Shown: positions 28,394 through 43,214 of the stretch, in pieces
How positions within the stretch are numbered: position 1 is the first letter of the stretch
Layout: every line of letters starts with the position of its first letter
Origin: Paracoccaceae bacterium
GTDB taxonomy: Bacteria; Pseudomonadota; Alphaproteobacteria; Rhodobacterales; Rhodobacteraceae
Length of the DNA: 64,000 nucleotides
Reading direction: 5' to 3'
NCBI GenBank assembly: GCA_947504705.1
Contig: CANNIA010000002.1
Span: forward strand, 49,867 to 113,866
Position numbers and translations under genes: made by a program
The notes under the pieces: model-generated
What the model saw: the letters and a program-made list of their open reading frames with translations, nothing else
What the model was told of the DNA's origin: nothing
Database searches by the model: none

Positions 28394-29113
28394 CTACCCC
28401 TCGCTTAACGCAGGGTCACTTCCCGCGCGAACCAGCCGGGTCAGGCTGGACAACCTCTCCTTCTGCCGCCCGCTGGCATCAAAATTCGCCGGCGAAAGCC
28501 AGATGCGGAACGCCTCGGCCAAAGCGGGCCAATCACTGTCAGTCACTGCAAACCATGCCGTATCCCGGTTGCGGCCTTTGACGATCATGTGATTACGGAA
28601 GACGCCTTCAAAGCTGAACCCAAGTCGCTGGGCCGCCCGGCGTGAGGCGAGGTTCAGTGCATTGCATTTCCATTCATAGCGGCGATAGCCCGCCCGGAAG
28701 GCCCAGTCCATCATCAAGAACATCGCCTCGGTGGCTTCCGCGCCCCGCTGCATGCTTGGGGAAATGCAGATGTGACCAACCTCGATCGACCCAGCCTCGG
28801 GCGTGATGCGCAGATAGCTGGCGATCCCACCCGCCTTGTCAGTCGCCCGATCCCGCAGGACGAAGAACCGGGGATCCTCGCCCGCCTCCCGTTCCCGGGC
28901 CCAGCGGTGATAGGCCGAGCCCGAGGCAAAGGGCCCGTAGGGCATGTAATCCCACAGCCCGTCATGGCCCTGATAGGCCGCCTGCAGCTCAAAAGCGTGG
29001 GCGTCGGCGTTCAAGGGTTCCAGCCGAACCAGCCGCCCCTCCATCGCTGCGTGGTCCGGCCTTGGCGGCACCTGCCAACCCTTGACCGAAACGCCAAGAC
29101 GCTTGTCATCCAT
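28394..29113 (-). CDS. GNAT family N-acetyltransferase (RimJ/RimL-like)
   Basis: ATG at 29113 (MDDKRL...) inside track ORF 28394..29143 (TTG start); acetyl-CoA binding region QRGAEATEAMFLMMDWAFRAG. Confidence 0.7.
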   Translation of the reverse strand: MDDKRLGVSVKGWQVPPRPDHAAMEGRLVRLEPLNADAHAFELQAAYQGHDGLWDYMPYGPFASGSAYHRWAREREAGEDPRFFVLRDRATDKAGGIASYLRITPEAGSIEVGHICISPSMQRGAEATEAMFLMMDWAFRAGYRRYEWKCNALNLASRRAAQRLGFSFEGVFRNHMIVKGRNRDTAWFAVTDSDWPALAEAFRIWLSPANFDASGRQKERLSSLTRLVRAGSDPALSEG

Positions 29114-29197
29114 TGCCGTCACCCCACCATTCCCCGATGCCAAGGCTAAGCGCTTGGCGGCGGGGAAGGCAAGGCTTGCACCGGGAGAACCGCCGGT

Positions 29198-31150
29198 TCA
29201 GGCTTCCTTCGGCAGAACCCGCAGCCGCAATTCGCGCAGCTGTTCGTTCATCGGTTCCGAAGGCGCGCCCATCAGCAGGTCTTCCGCGCGCTGGTTCATC
29301 GGGAACATGATGACTTCGCGGATGTTCTGGGTATCGGCCAGCAGCATCACCAGCCGGTCGATCCCAGCAGCACAGCCACCATGCGGAGGCGCGCCGTACT
29401 TGAATGCCTTGACCATGCCCCCGAACCGCTTGTCGACCTCCGAGTTCGGATACCCGGCCAGTTCAAACGCCTTGTACATGATCTCCGGCTTGTGGTTGCG
29501 GATGCCGCCAGAGATGATCTCATAACCGTTGCAGGCAAGGTCATACTGATAGGCATAGACCTTGAGCGGGTCACCATTCAGCGCCTCAAGCCCGCCCTGC
29601 GGCATCGAGAATGGGTTGTGGCTGAAGTCGATCTTCCCGTCGTCGGTCTTCTCGTACATCGGGAAGTCGACGATCCAGGCAAAGCGGAAGCTGTCCTTGT
29701 CGGTCAGCCCCAATTCCTCGCCGATAACATTCCGCGCGCGGCCTGCGATGGGTTCAAACGTCTCCGGCTTGCCGCCAAGGAAGAAAGCCGCGTCGCCCTT
29801 TTCAAGGCCCAGCTGCTGACGGATCGCCTCGGTCCGCTCCGGCCCGATGTTCTTGGCCAGCGGTCCGGCTGGTTCATGCTGGCCGAAAAATGCCTGAAAG
29901 AGAAACTCAACGCGCGCACGATCATTCGCAGCATGAGCCTTCTGTATGGCTTCAAGAGCCAGCCGCTCTGTTTCTTTGGTTTCATCCGGATCGACGATCT
30001 CTGAAACCGGCGTATCCAAAATCTCTCCTAATGTCCGTGGTGCCCCACGCTCCCGCCAGAAGATATACCCCATCCCCGGCAGCCCCTGCTGCTGCGCAAA
30101 GGCATTCATCCGGTCGCAGAACTTGCGGCCCACGGGGTCTCCCGACGGGCCTTTAGGCGCGGGAATGGCGCGGACTTCGTTGCCGTCCTGCTCCAGCAGC
30201 TTGGCGAAGATAGCGAAGCCCGAGCCGCGGAAATGTTCGGAAACCTCTTGCATCTTGATCGGGTTGCGCAGGTCGGGCTTGTCCGACCCGAACCACTTCA
30301 GGCTGTCGCGATAGGCGATGCGCGGCCAGTCGGCATCAACCTTGCGGCCCTTGCCGAAGGTCTCGAACAACCCCTGCAACACCGGCTGAACCGCCCCGAA
30401 CACGTCATCCTGTGTCACAAAGCTCATCTCGACATCCAACTGGTAAAAGTCGGTGGGCGAGCGGTCGGCGCGCGGGTCTTCATCGCGGAAACAGGGCGCG
30501 ATCTGGAAATAGCGGTCGAAACCGGCCACCTGGATCAACTGCTTGAACTGCTGAGGCGCTTGCGGCAGGGCGTAGAACTTGCCCGGATGCAGGCGCGACG
30601 GCACCAGAAAGTCGCGCGCGCCTTCGGGCGACGAGGCGGTGATGATCGGCGTCTGGAATTCGGTGAAGCCCTGATCCCACATCGCATTTCGCAGCCAGCG
30701 CACCACGTTCGACCGCAGCATCATGTTCTGATGCATCGTGTCACGGCGCAGGTCGAGGAAGCGGTAGGTCAGCCGGGTTTCTTCCGGGTATTCGGCGTCG
30801 CCAAAGACCGGCAGCGGCAGTTCTTCCGAAGCCCCCAGCACTTCGACCTCGGTCACATAGACCTCGATCTCGCCGGTTGGGATCTTGGTGTTCACCAGCG
30901 AGGCATCGCGCGCCTTCACCCGACCATCCACCCGGATCACCCATTCGCTGCGCACCGCCTCCAGCGCCTTGAACGCGGCCGAGTCGCCGTCGCACAGCAC
31001 CTGCGTGATCCCGTAATGGTCGCGCAGGTCGATGAACAACACGCCGCCATGGTCGCGCACACGGTGGACCCAGCCGGAAAGCCGGATGGTTTCGCCCACG
31101 TTGGACTTGTTCAGCGCGGCACAGGTGTGGCTGCGATAGGCGTGCATCAT
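29198..31150 (-). CDS. aspS: aspartate--tRNA ligase
   Basis: [50 protein letters not shown]..., class II motifs ([23 protein letters not shown]; GGIRNH). About 649 aa from the ATG at 31150/31147. Confidence 0.95.
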   Translation of the reverse strand: MMHAYRSHTCAALNKSNVGETIRLSGWVHRVRDHGGVLFIDLRDHYGITQVLCDGDSAAFKALEAVRSEWVIRVDGRVKARDASLVNTKIPTGEIEVYVTEVEVLGASEELPLPVFGDAEYPEETRLTYRFLDLRRDTMHQNMMLRSNVVRWLRNAMWDQGFTEFQTPIITASSPEGARDFLVPSRLHPGKFYALPQAPQQFKQLIQVAGFDRYFQIAPCFRDEDPRADRSPTDFYQLDVEMSFVTQDDVFGAVQPVLQGLFETFGKGRKVDADWPRIAYRDSLKWFGSDKPDLRNPIKMQEVSEHFRGSGFAIFAKLLEQDGNEVRAIPAPKGPSGDPVGRKFCDRMNAFAQQQGLPGMGYIFWRERGAPRTLGEILDTPVSEIVDPDETKETERLALEAIQKAHAANDRARVEFLFQAFFGQHEPAGPLAKNIGPERTEAIRQQLGLEKGDAAFFLGGKPETFEPIAGRARNVIGEELGLTDKDSFRFAWIVDFPMYEKTDDGKIDFSHNPFSMPQGGLEALNGDPLKVYAYQYDLACNGYEIISGGIRNHKPEIMYKAFELAGYPNSEVDKRFGGMVKAFKYGAPPHGGCAAGIDRLVMLLADTQNIREVIMFPMNQRAEDLLMGAPSEPMNEQLRELRLRVLPKEA

Positions 31151-31286
31151 CGTTCCCTTTCCAAGGGCTTTGGCGTCATCGGGGCCGATACACCTTGCCC
31201 GCAGGCCCAAGTCAACCCCAGAGCCTTTCATACCGGTGCAAATATCCCCGCCGGAGGCTTCCGAAGCTGCGGCGGGGCGGGGCGTG

Positions 31287-32714
31287 TCAGGCCTTGCGCC
31301 CTTTCGGTGCGTCCGTCACATCGGTTTCGTCGACCTGCCAGGCGGCAGGGTTTTCGACGACCGGTTCGCCCGCAGTCGCCGCAGGCGCGGGACCCGAATT
31401 TTCGGCCCCGCCCTTCAGGATCTTGCCGATCATCGCATTGCCCAAGGGGCTCTGCGCAAAAGCCTCGACGGCCGCGGCAAGGTTGGTGCCGCCTTTCGAG
31501 CTGAAGAGGTCCATCGCCCGACCCATGCCTTCGCCCGGGTTGCCCGCGTTGGCGATCACCTTGACATCGGCGGCCTGCAGCGCCTTGGCCTGTTCGCCAC
31601 CGACGACGACATAGCCTTTGATGCCCTCGATCGTCATCAGATACTGCTGATAGCCCGCGTTTTCGCCGATCTCCTTGGCCAGCACGATCTGCGCCTCGAC
31701 CGGGGCAAGCTGCATCGCCTTTTCGGCGGCGGCGCGCGCCTCACCCAGCGCCTTGATCCCCTCCGCCTCGCGCTGTTGGCCGGCAAGCTGACCCTCGGCG
31801 ATGATGACGGTGGTCTGCTTGTCCTGTTCGGCGGCAACGACCTGCTTGTCGCGTTCAATCTCGGCCCGGCGCACCTCATCCACCCTTGTCACCGCCATGT
31901 GGCGTTCGCGGGTTTCGCGTTCCTGGGTCAGCACTTCCTGCCGCGCCTGTTCGTTGGCGATGCCGATGGCCTTGTCCTTGTCGGCGGTCCGTTCGCCCAC
32001 CGCGCGCTCGGCTTCCTGCTTGCGCATGTCAACCTCGCGCTGCGCCTCAATCTCCGCCGTCTCGGCGGCGCGCTTGTTCTCGGCCACTTCGCGGCGGCTT
32101 TCCATCTCGATATGGGAGGTCTTCTTGGCCATGATATTGGCGATGACCTTGCTGCCATCGGCGTCGCGGATGTCCATCAGCTCCATGGTTTTCACCGGCT
32201 CGACGCCCCATTGCTTTAGCTGGTCCTGGACCTCGTTCGTGAAAGCGGTACCGAATTTCGACCGCTCCAGCATGATCGCGTCGATCTTGTCGGAGGCCAG
32301 CACTTTGCGGACCGCGCCCTGCACGATCTGCATCAGCTGTTCCTTCAACGCCTCGATATCCGCCACCCGCTGCGCCGCAAGGGCGGTATCGGCGATCCGG
32401 AAGAACGAGGTGACATGGACCACGAACGGCACCCGGTCCAGATCATAGGCCTCATAGTCCACTAGCGTCAGGTCAAAGTTCGACACCGGCAGCCTGATCA
32501 CATTGATCCCGATCCGGGGGAGCCATGCTGGCCAAGCGTAATAGACGTTCCCGGCGCCAAGCCCCGTCCCGTAGGGGACGGTTGTGCGACCACGCTGGAC
32601 GATATGGACGACGTTGGTGCTGACCACCCGACGAAACAGGATGGCGATCAACAGAATGACGGCGATCAGGATGCCTGCAACAATTGCGGCGGTGGTTAAT
32701 GAGAATGGCAGCAT
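31287..32714 (-). CDS. flotillin / SPFH (band-7) domain protein
   Basis: N-terminal TM, SPFH domain, then a long Glu/Ala/Arg-rich coiled-coil ([16 protein letters not shown]...). Confidence 0.8.
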   Translation of the reverse strand: MLPFSLTTAAIVAGILIAVILLIAILFRRVVSTNVVHIVQRGRTTVPYGTGLGAGNVYYAWPAWLPRIGINVIRLPVSNFDLTLVDYEAYDLDRVPFVVHVTSFFRIADTALAAQRVADIEALKEQLMQIVQGAVRKVLASDKIDAIMLERSKFGTAFTNEVQDQLKQWGVEPVKTMELMDIRDADGSKVIANIMAKKTSHIEMESRREVAENKRAAETAEIEAQREVDMRKQEAERAVGERTADKDKAIGIANEQARQEVLTQERETRERHMAVTRVDEVRRAEIERDKQVVAAEQDKQTTVIIAEGQLAGQQREAEGIKALGEARAAAEKAMQLAPVEAQIVLAKEIGENAGYQQYLMTIEGIKGYVVVGGEQAKALQAADVKVIANAGNPGEGMGRAMDLFSSKGGTNLAAAVEAFAQSPLGNAMIGKILKGGAENSGPAPAATAGEPVVENPAAWQVDETDVTDAPKGRKA

Positions 32715-32828
32715 ATCAATCTCCTTTTGAAAGCGGCCAAGACGGCCGGTCGCTGCATATTGCCCCTTGTGGGGCAGGTTTCAATCGGGGCGGGAAAATA
32801 TCATCCGACTGTTGCTGAAGGCAGCGCT

Positions 32829-33452
32829 TCAGACGACGAGAATCGCCGGGATCAGCCCGCGCAAAGCATTGCCGACCCAAAGCTTCACCCTTGGCAAGTC
32901 TTCCGCCAGAAGCACCTCCTCCGGGCAGGCCAGTTCAGCCCGCAACACACCGGGCAAAAGGCCCGATGACAGCGGTGGGGTGTGCAGCCCGTGGCCCCGG
33001 TCGAAGAAGAGGCTGGTGATAGTGCCTTCGCAAACCTCGCCGCGTTCGTTCTGGAAGATCAATTCATCCAGTCTTTCGGGCAGGGCTGCGCGGGTCTGGT
33101 CATAGATCGCGCGGCGGGTGGATTTCACCTTCAACCATGGGTCGGCAGAGGCCAAGCGCTGCGAGGCCAGCCCCACCCGCCATTCCGGTTTGGCGGGCGG
33201 CAAGGCGAAGGTCTCCCAAACCACGTGCCCTTCGCCGTCCAGCGTCAGCCGCAAGCGGGCGGGGTGGTTGGGGCCAAGGGGCGCGACCGGCGGGCAGTGC
33301 CAGCCCAACAGCCCGGCACTGCGCTGCAACCGTGCCAGATGCAGCGGCCAGCGCGGGGCGCGGCTGCCGTCCCAAAGTACGGTCTCAATCAACCTTAGTC
33401 CCGGCTCACGGCCGCCTTCACGAAGCGCGCCTTCCACAGCGCTTCCTCCCAT
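32829..33452 (-). CDS. aminodeoxychorismate lyase-like (class IV aminotransferase fold, PabC-like); start uncertain and overlaps the pabB 3' end
   Basis: ORF 32829..33452 sits directly downstream of pabB on the same strand. Confidence 0.55.
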   Translation of the reverse strand: MGGSAVEGALREGGREPGLRLIETVLWDGSRAPRWPLHLARLQRSAGLLGWHCPPVAPLGPNHPARLRLTLDGEGHVVWETFALPPAKPEWRVGLASQRLASADPWLKVKSTRRAIYDQTRAALPERLDELIFQNERGEVCEGTITSLFFDRGHGLHTPPLSSGLLPGVLRAELACPEEVLLAEDLPRVKLWVGNALRGLIPAILVV

Positions 33453-34531
33453 TCTCCATCCACGGTTGACCCATGCGTCAGCCCTCCGCCCACATTCATC
33501 ACGATCTGGTCGCCGGTCACCGACAGCGTCCGGATCGCGACCGAGAAATCGGCGTCCCCTGTGGGAGACATCCAGCCCACCGCCCCGCAGTAAACCCCGC
33601 GCGGCGCGGGTTCCACCTCACGGATGATCTCCATCGCCCGGATTTTTGGCGCGCCGGTGACCGAGCCGCAGGGGAACAAGGCCGCCATCAGACCCGGCAA
33701 GCCCGGGGGCGCTGCCAGTTCGGCCTCGACGGTTGAGGTCATCTGGTGGACCGTCCCATAGGTTTCAATCGCGAACAGTGCGGGGACCTTGACGCTGCCG
33801 ACCCGTGCCAACCGGCTGATGTCGTTGCGCAGAAGGTCCACGATCATCAGGTTCTCGGCCCGGTCCTTCTCGGCCCCCTGCAACTCCGCAATGATCGCGG
33901 CATCCTCGGGAGCATCTTTGCCGCGCGGACGGGTCCCCTTCATCGGGCGGGTCAAGATCCGCCCACCATGGACCTTGAAGAACAACTCGGGCGACCGGGA
34001 CACCACCACTGGCCCGACGCCAAGGTCGACAAAGGCTCCATGCCCCACGGCCCCGGTGCGACGGAACGCGCCGTAAAGGCCAAGCGGGGTGCCTGCGGCA
34101 AGCTGCGCCTGCATCGGAAAGGTTAAGTTCACCTGATAGCAGTCGCCCGCCGCTATATAGTCAAAAACCTTGCGCGCGGCATTGCCATAAGCCCGGCGAC
34201 CAATGGCCGGAACCGGCGCTGTCATCCGGGTCGCGCGACCCTCATCCGCCGCGCGGTCCAAGGCCGGGCCAGCGTCCTCCGGCCCGTCAAACACCCCCAG
34301 CGCCAGCAAAGGCCCCAACCGGCGGCGCGGCATCTGGCGGGCAAGCTTTGGCTCCAGCGCATAGCCTGTCTCATAGCCGACATAGCCCGCGATCCAGGCC
34401 CCCGCTCGGCGCGCGGCTTCGGCCCGGGCCAGCGCAGGCGCAACCTCAACCGCCCGTGACGCAACGATCACTTCGCGCGGGCGGTTGAAGAGTGCAGGCC
34501 TGTCCCCCGGCCCATGTTCGATAAGGATCAC
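33395..34531 (-). CDS. pabB: aminodeoxychorismate synthase component I (chorismate-binding enzyme)
   Basis: ORF 33395..34531 has the chorismate-binding C-terminal domain (GAVGW...GGGLTxxS). Confidence 0.8.
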   Translation of the reverse strand: MILIEHGPGDRPALFNRPREVIVASRAVEVAPALARAEAARRAGAWIAGYVGYETGYALEPKLARQMPRRRLGPLLALGVFDGPEDAGPALDRAADEGRATRMTAPVPAIGRRAYGNAARKVFDYIAAGDCYQVNLTFPMQAQLAAGTPLGLYGAFRRTGAVGHGAFVDLGVGPVVVSRSPELFFKVHGGRILTRPMKGTRPRGKDAPEDAAIIAELQGAEKDRAENLMIVDLLRNDISRLARVGSVKVPALFAIETYGTVHQMTSTVEAELAAPPGLPGLMAALFPCGSVTGAPKIRAMEIIREVEPAPRGVYCGAVGWMSPTGDADFSVAIRTLSVTGDQIVMNVGGGLTHGSTVDGEWEEALWKARFVKAAVSRD

Positions 34532-34789
34532 CCCAAGGGCCCCCGCGATGGCGTCGCATCCGAGATAGGCCGAAGCGGCGGCCTAGACCAGACCAAACCG
34601 CGGCCCTCTGACAGTCGAAACCGACCTTGGCCCCGAAAACCTGATCAATCAGTCAAGAAAGCCGATTCAGGCTTGCTTGCAGCCCGTTTTCGGGCTTCCC
34701 TGTCGCCACGCAAGCAAGCCCTCCCGGAATGGGGCGGGCGGCATAACAAAACCAACAAGCGTCCAACACTGGTACGAAGGGAACACTTC

Positions 34790-36349
34790 ATGGCTTCCGA
34801 CGACTACAACGACCACGCCAAGCATGAGGACATGAAAGTCCTGCATGGCATGGGCTACGCACAGGAGCTGTCACGCTCCATGTCCAAATTCTCTAACTTC
34901 GCGATCTCGTTCTCGATCATCTGCACGCTTTCGGGCGGGATCAACTCTTTCGCCCAGGCCATCGGTTCCGTCGGTGGCGCCGGTGCAGGCATCGGCTGGA
35001 TCGTCGGCTGTATCCTGTCCGGGATGTTCGCCCTGGCCATGGCACAGATCGGTTCGGCCTTCCCGACTGCAGGCGGGCTTTATCACTGGGGCTCGATCCT
35101 CGGAAACCGCTTTGTGGGCTGGCTGACCGCCTGGCTTAACCTTCTGGGCCTCATTACCGTTCTGGGCGCCATCAACATCGGTACCGCCTACTTCTTCGCC
35201 GGCACCTTCGGTAGCATGTTCGGCTTTACCGGAACTGACTGGCAAGTGGTGGGCTTCGTTGCTGCCGTCACCATCCTGCAAGCGATCTTCAACCATGTCG
35301 GCATCAAGGTCACGACCATGCTGACCGACATCTCGGGCTGGATCATCCTGGCAACCACTGCCGCTCTGGTCTTTGCCTGCCTGTTCTATGCCCCGGCAAT
35401 CGACATCTCACGGCTGTGGACCTTTACCAACTATTCGGGCGATGCAGGCGGCGGCGTCTTCCCGGCGAACACCAGCATGTTCAGCCTGTTCCTGCTGTGC
35501 CTGTTGCTGCCGGTCTATACGATCACCGGCTATGATGCCTCGGCCCACACGTCCGAGGAAACCAAGAACGCCGCCATGTCGGTTCCCACCGGCATCGTGA
35601 ACGCGGTCATCTGGTCCTCGCTTGCAGGCTGGGTCATGGTCTGCGCCATCACGCTGGCGATCCCGGACATGACCGCTGGTGCGGCCAGCGGCTGGGGCGT
35701 GTTCTTCGGCACGATGGACGCCATTGTCCCGCCCGGCCTGAAGAACGTGATCTACCTTGGCATCCTGATCACCCAGCTTCTGTGCGGTCTTGCCACTGTC
35801 ACTTCGGCCAGCCGGATGCTGTTTGCCTTCTCGCGCGATGACGGCATGCCGGTCGGGTCGAAAGCCCTGGCAACTGTTTCGCCGAAGTTCCGCACGCCGG
35901 TGAACGCAATCTGGACGGCGACGGTGCTTTCGATCCTCTATGTGATCCTGGCAATGTCGATCAAGATCGGCGAACAGTCGATCTACGTGATCGTGGTGAA
36001 CTCGACTCTCGTCTTCCTGTTCCTGTCGTTCACCGTGCCGCTGGTGGCCGGGGCCTTGGCCTTTGGCGGACCGAAATGGCCGCAGCCCGGCCCTTGGGCG
36101 ATGAGCGCAGGGCTTTACAAACTGGTGACCCTGCTGGCCGTGGTTGGCATGGTCGTCATCACCTACATCGCCGTTGCTGCGCCGAACGAAAGGGTGCTCT
36201 ACGTCGTCCTTGGCTTCCTGGCCTTGGCGCTGGTCCTTTGGGTCGCGGTCGAAAACCGCCGCTTCGAAGGCCCGCCGACGGGTGAGAAGATTGCCGCTCG
36301 GAAAGCTGCCATCGCGGCGGCCGAAGCAGCGGTTGGCGAAAAGGGCTGA
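34790..36349 (+). CDS. amino acid permease (APC superfamily)
   Basis: MASDDYNDHAKHEDMKVLHGMGYAQELSRSMSKFSNFAISFSIICTL... with 12 TM. ATG at 34790 has a GAAGGGA Shine-Dalgarno. The upstream part of track ORF 34514.. is leader sequence. Confidence 0.85.
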   Translation: MASDDYNDHAKHEDMKVLHGMGYAQELSRSMSKFSNFAISFSIICTLSGGINSFAQAIGSVGGAGAGIGWIVGCILSGMFALAMAQIGSAFPTAGGLYHWGSILGNRFVGWLTAWLNLLGLITVLGAINIGTAYFFAGTFGSMFGFTGTDWQVVGFVAAVTILQAIFNHVGIKVTTMLTDISGWIILATTAALVFACLFYAPAIDISRLWTFTNYSGDAGGGVFPANTSMFSLFLLCLLLPVYTITGYDASAHTSEETKNAAMSVPTGIVNAVIWSSLAGWVMVCAITLAIPDMTAGAASGWGVFFGTMDAIVPPGLKNVIYLGILITQLLCGLATVTSASRMLFAFSRDDGMPVGSKALATVSPKFRTPVNAIWTATVLSILYVILAMSIKIGEQSIYVIVVNSTLVFLFLSFTVPLVAGALAFGGPKWPQPGPWAMSAGLYKLVTLLAVVGMVVITYIAVAAPNERVLYVVLGFLALALVLWVAVENRRFEGPPTGEKIAARKAAIAAAEAAVGEKG

Positions 36350-36373
36350 CGCCGGCCTTCATGACACTGGAAA

Positions 36374-36399
36374 CGGCCGGGGGTGACCCCGGCCTTTTT
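36374..36399 (+). terminator. rho-independent terminator (GGCCGGGGG-TGA-CCCCGGCC followed by TTTTT)
   Basis: Read directly, 25 nt after the permease stop. Confidence 0.7.
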
Positions 36400-36490
36400 C
36401 ATGGCCGCTCCCACGGCCACATTCGCCCCTTGCACCCCGCCCGCGCGTGGCTATAACCCGGCAAGTTTTGCGCGATGGATGGGGGCTGAC

Positions 36491-39835
<3,345 letters not shown>

Positions 39836-39960
39836 AGGATGCTGCTACTGGATGACCGCGCTCCGCCGGCTTCCAAGTTCTAAGAAGATCAAAACGCCCA
39901 AGATTCGACTTGATTGAAGTCCACTTGCAGTTGTGCTGATTTAATTTCAATGAGGAAATG

Positions 39961-40197
39961 ATGAGACTTTTGATCGTGTTACTGCCCGTATTCCTGTTGG
40001 GATGCGTGGAACCGATGGTTTCGGACTTCAACGGGTCCAGCGTGAAGGTCGTTGAGGATTTCGGGGGCAAGAAACCCACAACCGCGACTGTCCAAGAGGC
40101 ACAGCGCATCTGCGGCAAGGTCGGGAAGACATCAGAGTATGCTTCGACACGCACTTTGCCGAACTATCAGACCGAATACCTTTTTCTCTGCCTCTGA
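39961..40197 (+). CDS. small lipoprotein (lipobox LLGC), hypothetical
   Basis: MRLLIVLLPVFLLGCVEPM..., GAGGA Shine-Dalgarno, in an AT-rich local context. Confidence 0.55.
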   Translation: MRLLIVLLPVFLLGCVEPMVSDFNGSSVKVVEDFGGKKPTTATVQEAQRICGKVGKTSEYASTRTLPNYQTEYLFLCL

Positions 40198-40210
40198 GCG
40201 AGACTCTGCT

Positions 40211-40239
40211 GCAGGGTGCGAATCAATTTCGCACCCTGC
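40211..40239 (+). terminator. hairpin (12-bp perfect stem GCAGGGTGCGAA / TTCGCACCCTGC, 5-nt loop) after the lipoprotein gene
   Basis: Read directly. Confidence 0.45.
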
Positions 40240-40361
40240 CTCCACCCGTTTCAGCCACGCTATCGGGCCGTCTGGCGCATCTGGCCAGATGCGATCGCTG
40301 AAGATCCATCATCCACCCCCCTTAACCCCCCGTTAACCCCTTTCATGCCACCCTTCGAGTC

Positions 40362-40655
40362 ATGAAACCCATGTTCCTCCTCCCCCTCCTCATCGCCGCC
40401 TGTGTCTCTCCGGCACCGGAGTTCATGGGGGCGACCCGCACCGAAACCACCGTCAACGGCCGCGATTATGTGGTGTTGCAAAAGGGCGAGCGGGTGGAGG
40501 TGATCCGCCTTGGCTATGCCCACCGGGGGGAGCATCAGGAAATCCGCGCCACGATGATTGAACTCATCCCCACAGTCACCGGCTGCACTGTGCGGGAGAG
40601 CAGCCTGACCGGCGACAGTGGCGAGATGCGGGGGTCGTTGAACTGTCCGGGGTGA
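40362..40655 (+). CDS. small lipoprotein (lipobox LIAAC), hypothetical
   Basis: MKPMFLLPLLIAACVSPAPEFMGATRTETTVNGRDYVVLQKGERVEVIRL... Confidence 0.5.
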   Translation: MKPMFLLPLLIAACVSPAPEFMGATRTETTVNGRDYVVLQKGERVEVIRLGYAHRGEHQEIRATMIELIPTVTGCTVRESSLTGDSGEMRGSLNCPG

Positions 40656-40714
40656 GTCTCGCTTGACACTGGCCCCGCATCGGCCAAGAAGCGGGCAGCC
40701 AGCCGGAGGCCGTT

Positions 40715-41683
40715 ATGCCCGCAGAACTCGACCTGTCCCGCCGCCTGCCCGAGGCCCGGATACCCGAGCTTCCGAACCCCTATTTCGGCAAGGTCCGCGA
40801 TTGCTATGACCTGCCCGATGGCAGCCGCCTTCTGATCTCCTCCGACCGGATTTCGGCCTTTGACCAGATCCTGGCGGTGATCCCCTGGAAGGGGCAGGTG
40901 CTGACCCAACTGGCGCGCTATTGGTTCGACCACACCGCCGATATCGCCGCGAACCATGTGATCGACTATCCCGACGCGAATGTCGTGCGCGGCAAGCGGG
41001 TGACGATCCTGCCGGTGGAAATCGTGGTCCGGGGCTATCTGGCGGGGAGCACCTCGACCTCGATCCTGACGCAATACAAGGCGGGCAAGCGGCAGATGTA
41101 CGGCCACCAGCTGCCCGATGGGCTGCGCGACAATCAGGCGCTGCCGCAGGCGATCATCACCCCCACAACCAAGGCGTTTGACGGCGGTCATGACGAACCC
41201 CTCACCGCTGCAGAAATCATTGACAGCGGCCTTCTGACCCAGACGCAATGGGATGAAGTCAGCGCCAAATCCCTGGCCCTGTTCGCGCGCGGCCAGAAGA
41301 TGGCCGCCGAGCGGGGGCTGATCCTGGTCGACACCAAATACGAATTCGGCGTCGATGATGCTGGCCAAATTCTGCTGGCCGACGAAATCCACACCCCAGA
41401 CAGCAGCCGCTACTGGATCGCCTCGGGCTATGAGGCCGCACTGAACGCGGGAACCCGCCCGCCCAGCTTTGACAAGGACGTGATCCGATCATGGGTCGTC
41501 GCGCGCTGCGATCCCTACACCGACAAGATCCCGGAAATCCCGCCCGAGATGATCGAAAAGACCGCCTGCATCTATGTCGAGGCCTTTGAGGCGATCACCG
41601 GAAAGGCCTTTGTTCCCGACTTGGGCGGCACCAGCCCCCTTGACCGGGTCCGCGCCCATCTTGCACCCTATTTCACCGGCTGA
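40715..41683 (+). CDS. purC: phosphoribosylaminoimidazole-succinocarboxamide synthase (long form)
   Basis: [50 protein letters not shown]... Confidence 0.9.
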   Translation: MPAELDLSRRLPEARIPELPNPYFGKVRDCYDLPDGSRLLISSDRISAFDQILAVIPWKGQVLTQLARYWFDHTADIAANHVIDYPDANVVRGKRVTILPVEIVVRGYLAGSTSTSILTQYKAGKRQMYGHQLPDGLRDNQALPQAIITPTTKAFDGGHDEPLTAAEIIDSGLLTQTQWDEVSAKSLALFARGQKMAAERGLILVDTKYEFGVDDAGQILLADEIHTPDSSRYWIASGYEAALNAGTRPPSFDKDVIRSWVVARCDPYTDKIPEIPPEMIEKTACIYVEAFEAITGKAFVPDLGGTSPLDRVRAHLAPYFTG

Positions 41684-41746
41684 CGGGTTGCTCCGTTTGC
41701 GCTAACATGAACGCAGGCGCGACGGACACGCGCAAAGGGGAAAGCC

Positions 41747-42670
41747 ATGATTCTCAGCTGTGGCGAAGCGCTGATCGACATGCTGCCAAGGACCTCGACC
41801 GAAGGCGAGGCCTGCTTTGCGCCCTATGCCGGGGGCGCGGTCTTCAACACCGCCATCGCGATGGGCCGGCTGGGCGCACCGTCGGCCTTCTTCTCGGGCG
41901 TTTCCAACGACATGCTGGGGGAAATCCTGGCCGATACGCTGACCGCCTCCAAGGTCGATACCCGCTACCTCGCCCGCTCGGACCGGCCTACCACGGTGGC
42001 CTTCGTCAAGCTGGTGAACGGCCAGGCGACCTATGCCTTCTATGATGAATCAACCGCTGGCCGGATGCTGTCGACCGACGAACTGCCAGCCCTTCCCATG
42101 GACATCTCCACCCTCTTCCTCGGTGGCATCTCTCTGGTCAACGACCCCGCTGCCAGCACTTATGAGGCGCTGCAGGCCCGCGAATGCGCGGCGCGGGTGA
42201 CGATGGTCGACCCGAACATCCGCCCCGGCTTCATCGCGGGCAAGGAAACCGAATACCGCGCCCGCATCGAACGGATGATCGCGCGGGCCGATATCGTGAA
42301 GCTGTCGGATGAAGACCTGCACTGGCTGGAAGGCGCAGGGGACCTGACAGCTTTGGCACGCGGGATTCTAACCAAAGGACCGAAACTCGTCTTCATCACC
42401 GAAGGTGCCAAAGGCGCCCGCGCCGTGACGGCGACGCAGGACCGGTTCATTGCGGCGCAGAAGATCACTGTCGTCGATACCGTCGGCGCGGGCGACACGT
42501 TCAACGCAGGCGTCCTTGCCGCCCTGGACAAGGCGGGGTCGCTGACCAAGGCCGGGCTGGCAGCAGTGTCAGATGCGGTGCTTGACGCCGCCCTGTCTCT
42601 GGGCACACGGGCCGCCGCCATCACCTGCGCGCGCGCCGGGGCCAACCCGCCTTGGGAGAGCGAACTGTGA
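41747..42670 (+). CDS. PfkB family carbohydrate kinase (fructokinase-like)
   Basis: Motifs GGAVFNTA and [12 protein letters not shown] are present. Confidence 0.85.
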   Translation: MILSCGEALIDMLPRTSTEGEACFAPYAGGAVFNTAIAMGRLGAPSAFFSGVSNDMLGEILADTLTASKVDTRYLARSDRPTTVAFVKLVNGQATYAFYDESTAGRMLSTDELPALPMDISTLFLGGISLVNDPAASTYEALQARECAARVTMVDPNIRPGFIAGKETEYRARIERMIARADIVKLSDEDLHWLEGAGDLTALARGILTKGPKLVFITEGAKGARAVTATQDRFIAAQKITVVDTVGAGDTFNAGVLAALDKAGSLTKAGLAAVSDAVLDAALSLGTRAAAITCARAGANPPWESEL

Positions 42671-43110
42671 GGGCAGTCCTCCAACGCGTCACGGATGCTC
42701 GGGTCAAGGTTGATGGCCAACTGATCGGCCAGACCGGCAAGGGTTTTCTGATCCTTGTCTGCGCCATGACGGGCGATACCGAGGCGCAGGCAGAAAAGCT
42801 GGCCGCAAAGGTCGCCAAACTGCGGGTCTTCAAGGACGATCAGGGCAAGATGAACCTCTCGGTCAAGGACATCGGTGGCGGGGCACTGGTGGTCAGCCAG
42901 TTCACCCTTGCCGCCGATCTGCGTGGCAATCGGCCCGGCTTTTCCACCGCAGCACCGCCCGCCGAAGGCGAACGGCTCTACCTGAAATTCAGCGAGGCGC
43001 TGCGTGCCGAGGGCCTGCCGGTCGCAAACGGCCAGTTCGGCGCGGATATGGCCGTCAGCCTGACCAATGACGGGCCGGTGACCATCTGGATGGACACCGA
43101 CGCGCTTTAG
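42667..43110 (+). CDS. dtd: D-aminoacyl-tRNA deacylase
   Basis: GTG at 42667 overlaps the kinase stop (GTGA). Sequence (M)[30 protein letters not shown]...SQFTL. Confidence 0.9.
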   Translation: MRAVLQRVTDARVKVDGQLIGQTGKGFLILVCAMTGDTEAQAEKLAAKVAKLRVFKDDQGKMNLSVKDIGGGALVVSQFTLAADLRGNRPGFSTAAPPAEGERLYLKFSEALRAEGLPVANGQFGADMAVSLTNDGPVTIWMDTDAL

Positions 43111-43118
43111 GGTGCAAT

Positions 43119-43214
43119 CCTAGAGCGGTTCAGGTCACCACGGAAACACCAAGCATCAGAATTCAAACACTCTTGGTTTGAATTATGATTCCGTCGAGAC
43201 CTGAACCGCTTTAG
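43119..43214. repeat. about 95-bp imperfect palindromic intergenic repeat, copy B
   Basis: About 85% identical to 26739..26833. It fills the whole space between the convergent dtd gene and the secreted-protein gene. Confidence 0.8.

Noticed and set aside
34532-34789. Glycine or lysine riboswitch in the permease leader
   Set aside because: I could not find the conserved cores (for example GGAGAG...CTCTGGAGAG...CACCGAAGG for glycine) by eye. It is left as an unexplained long leader.
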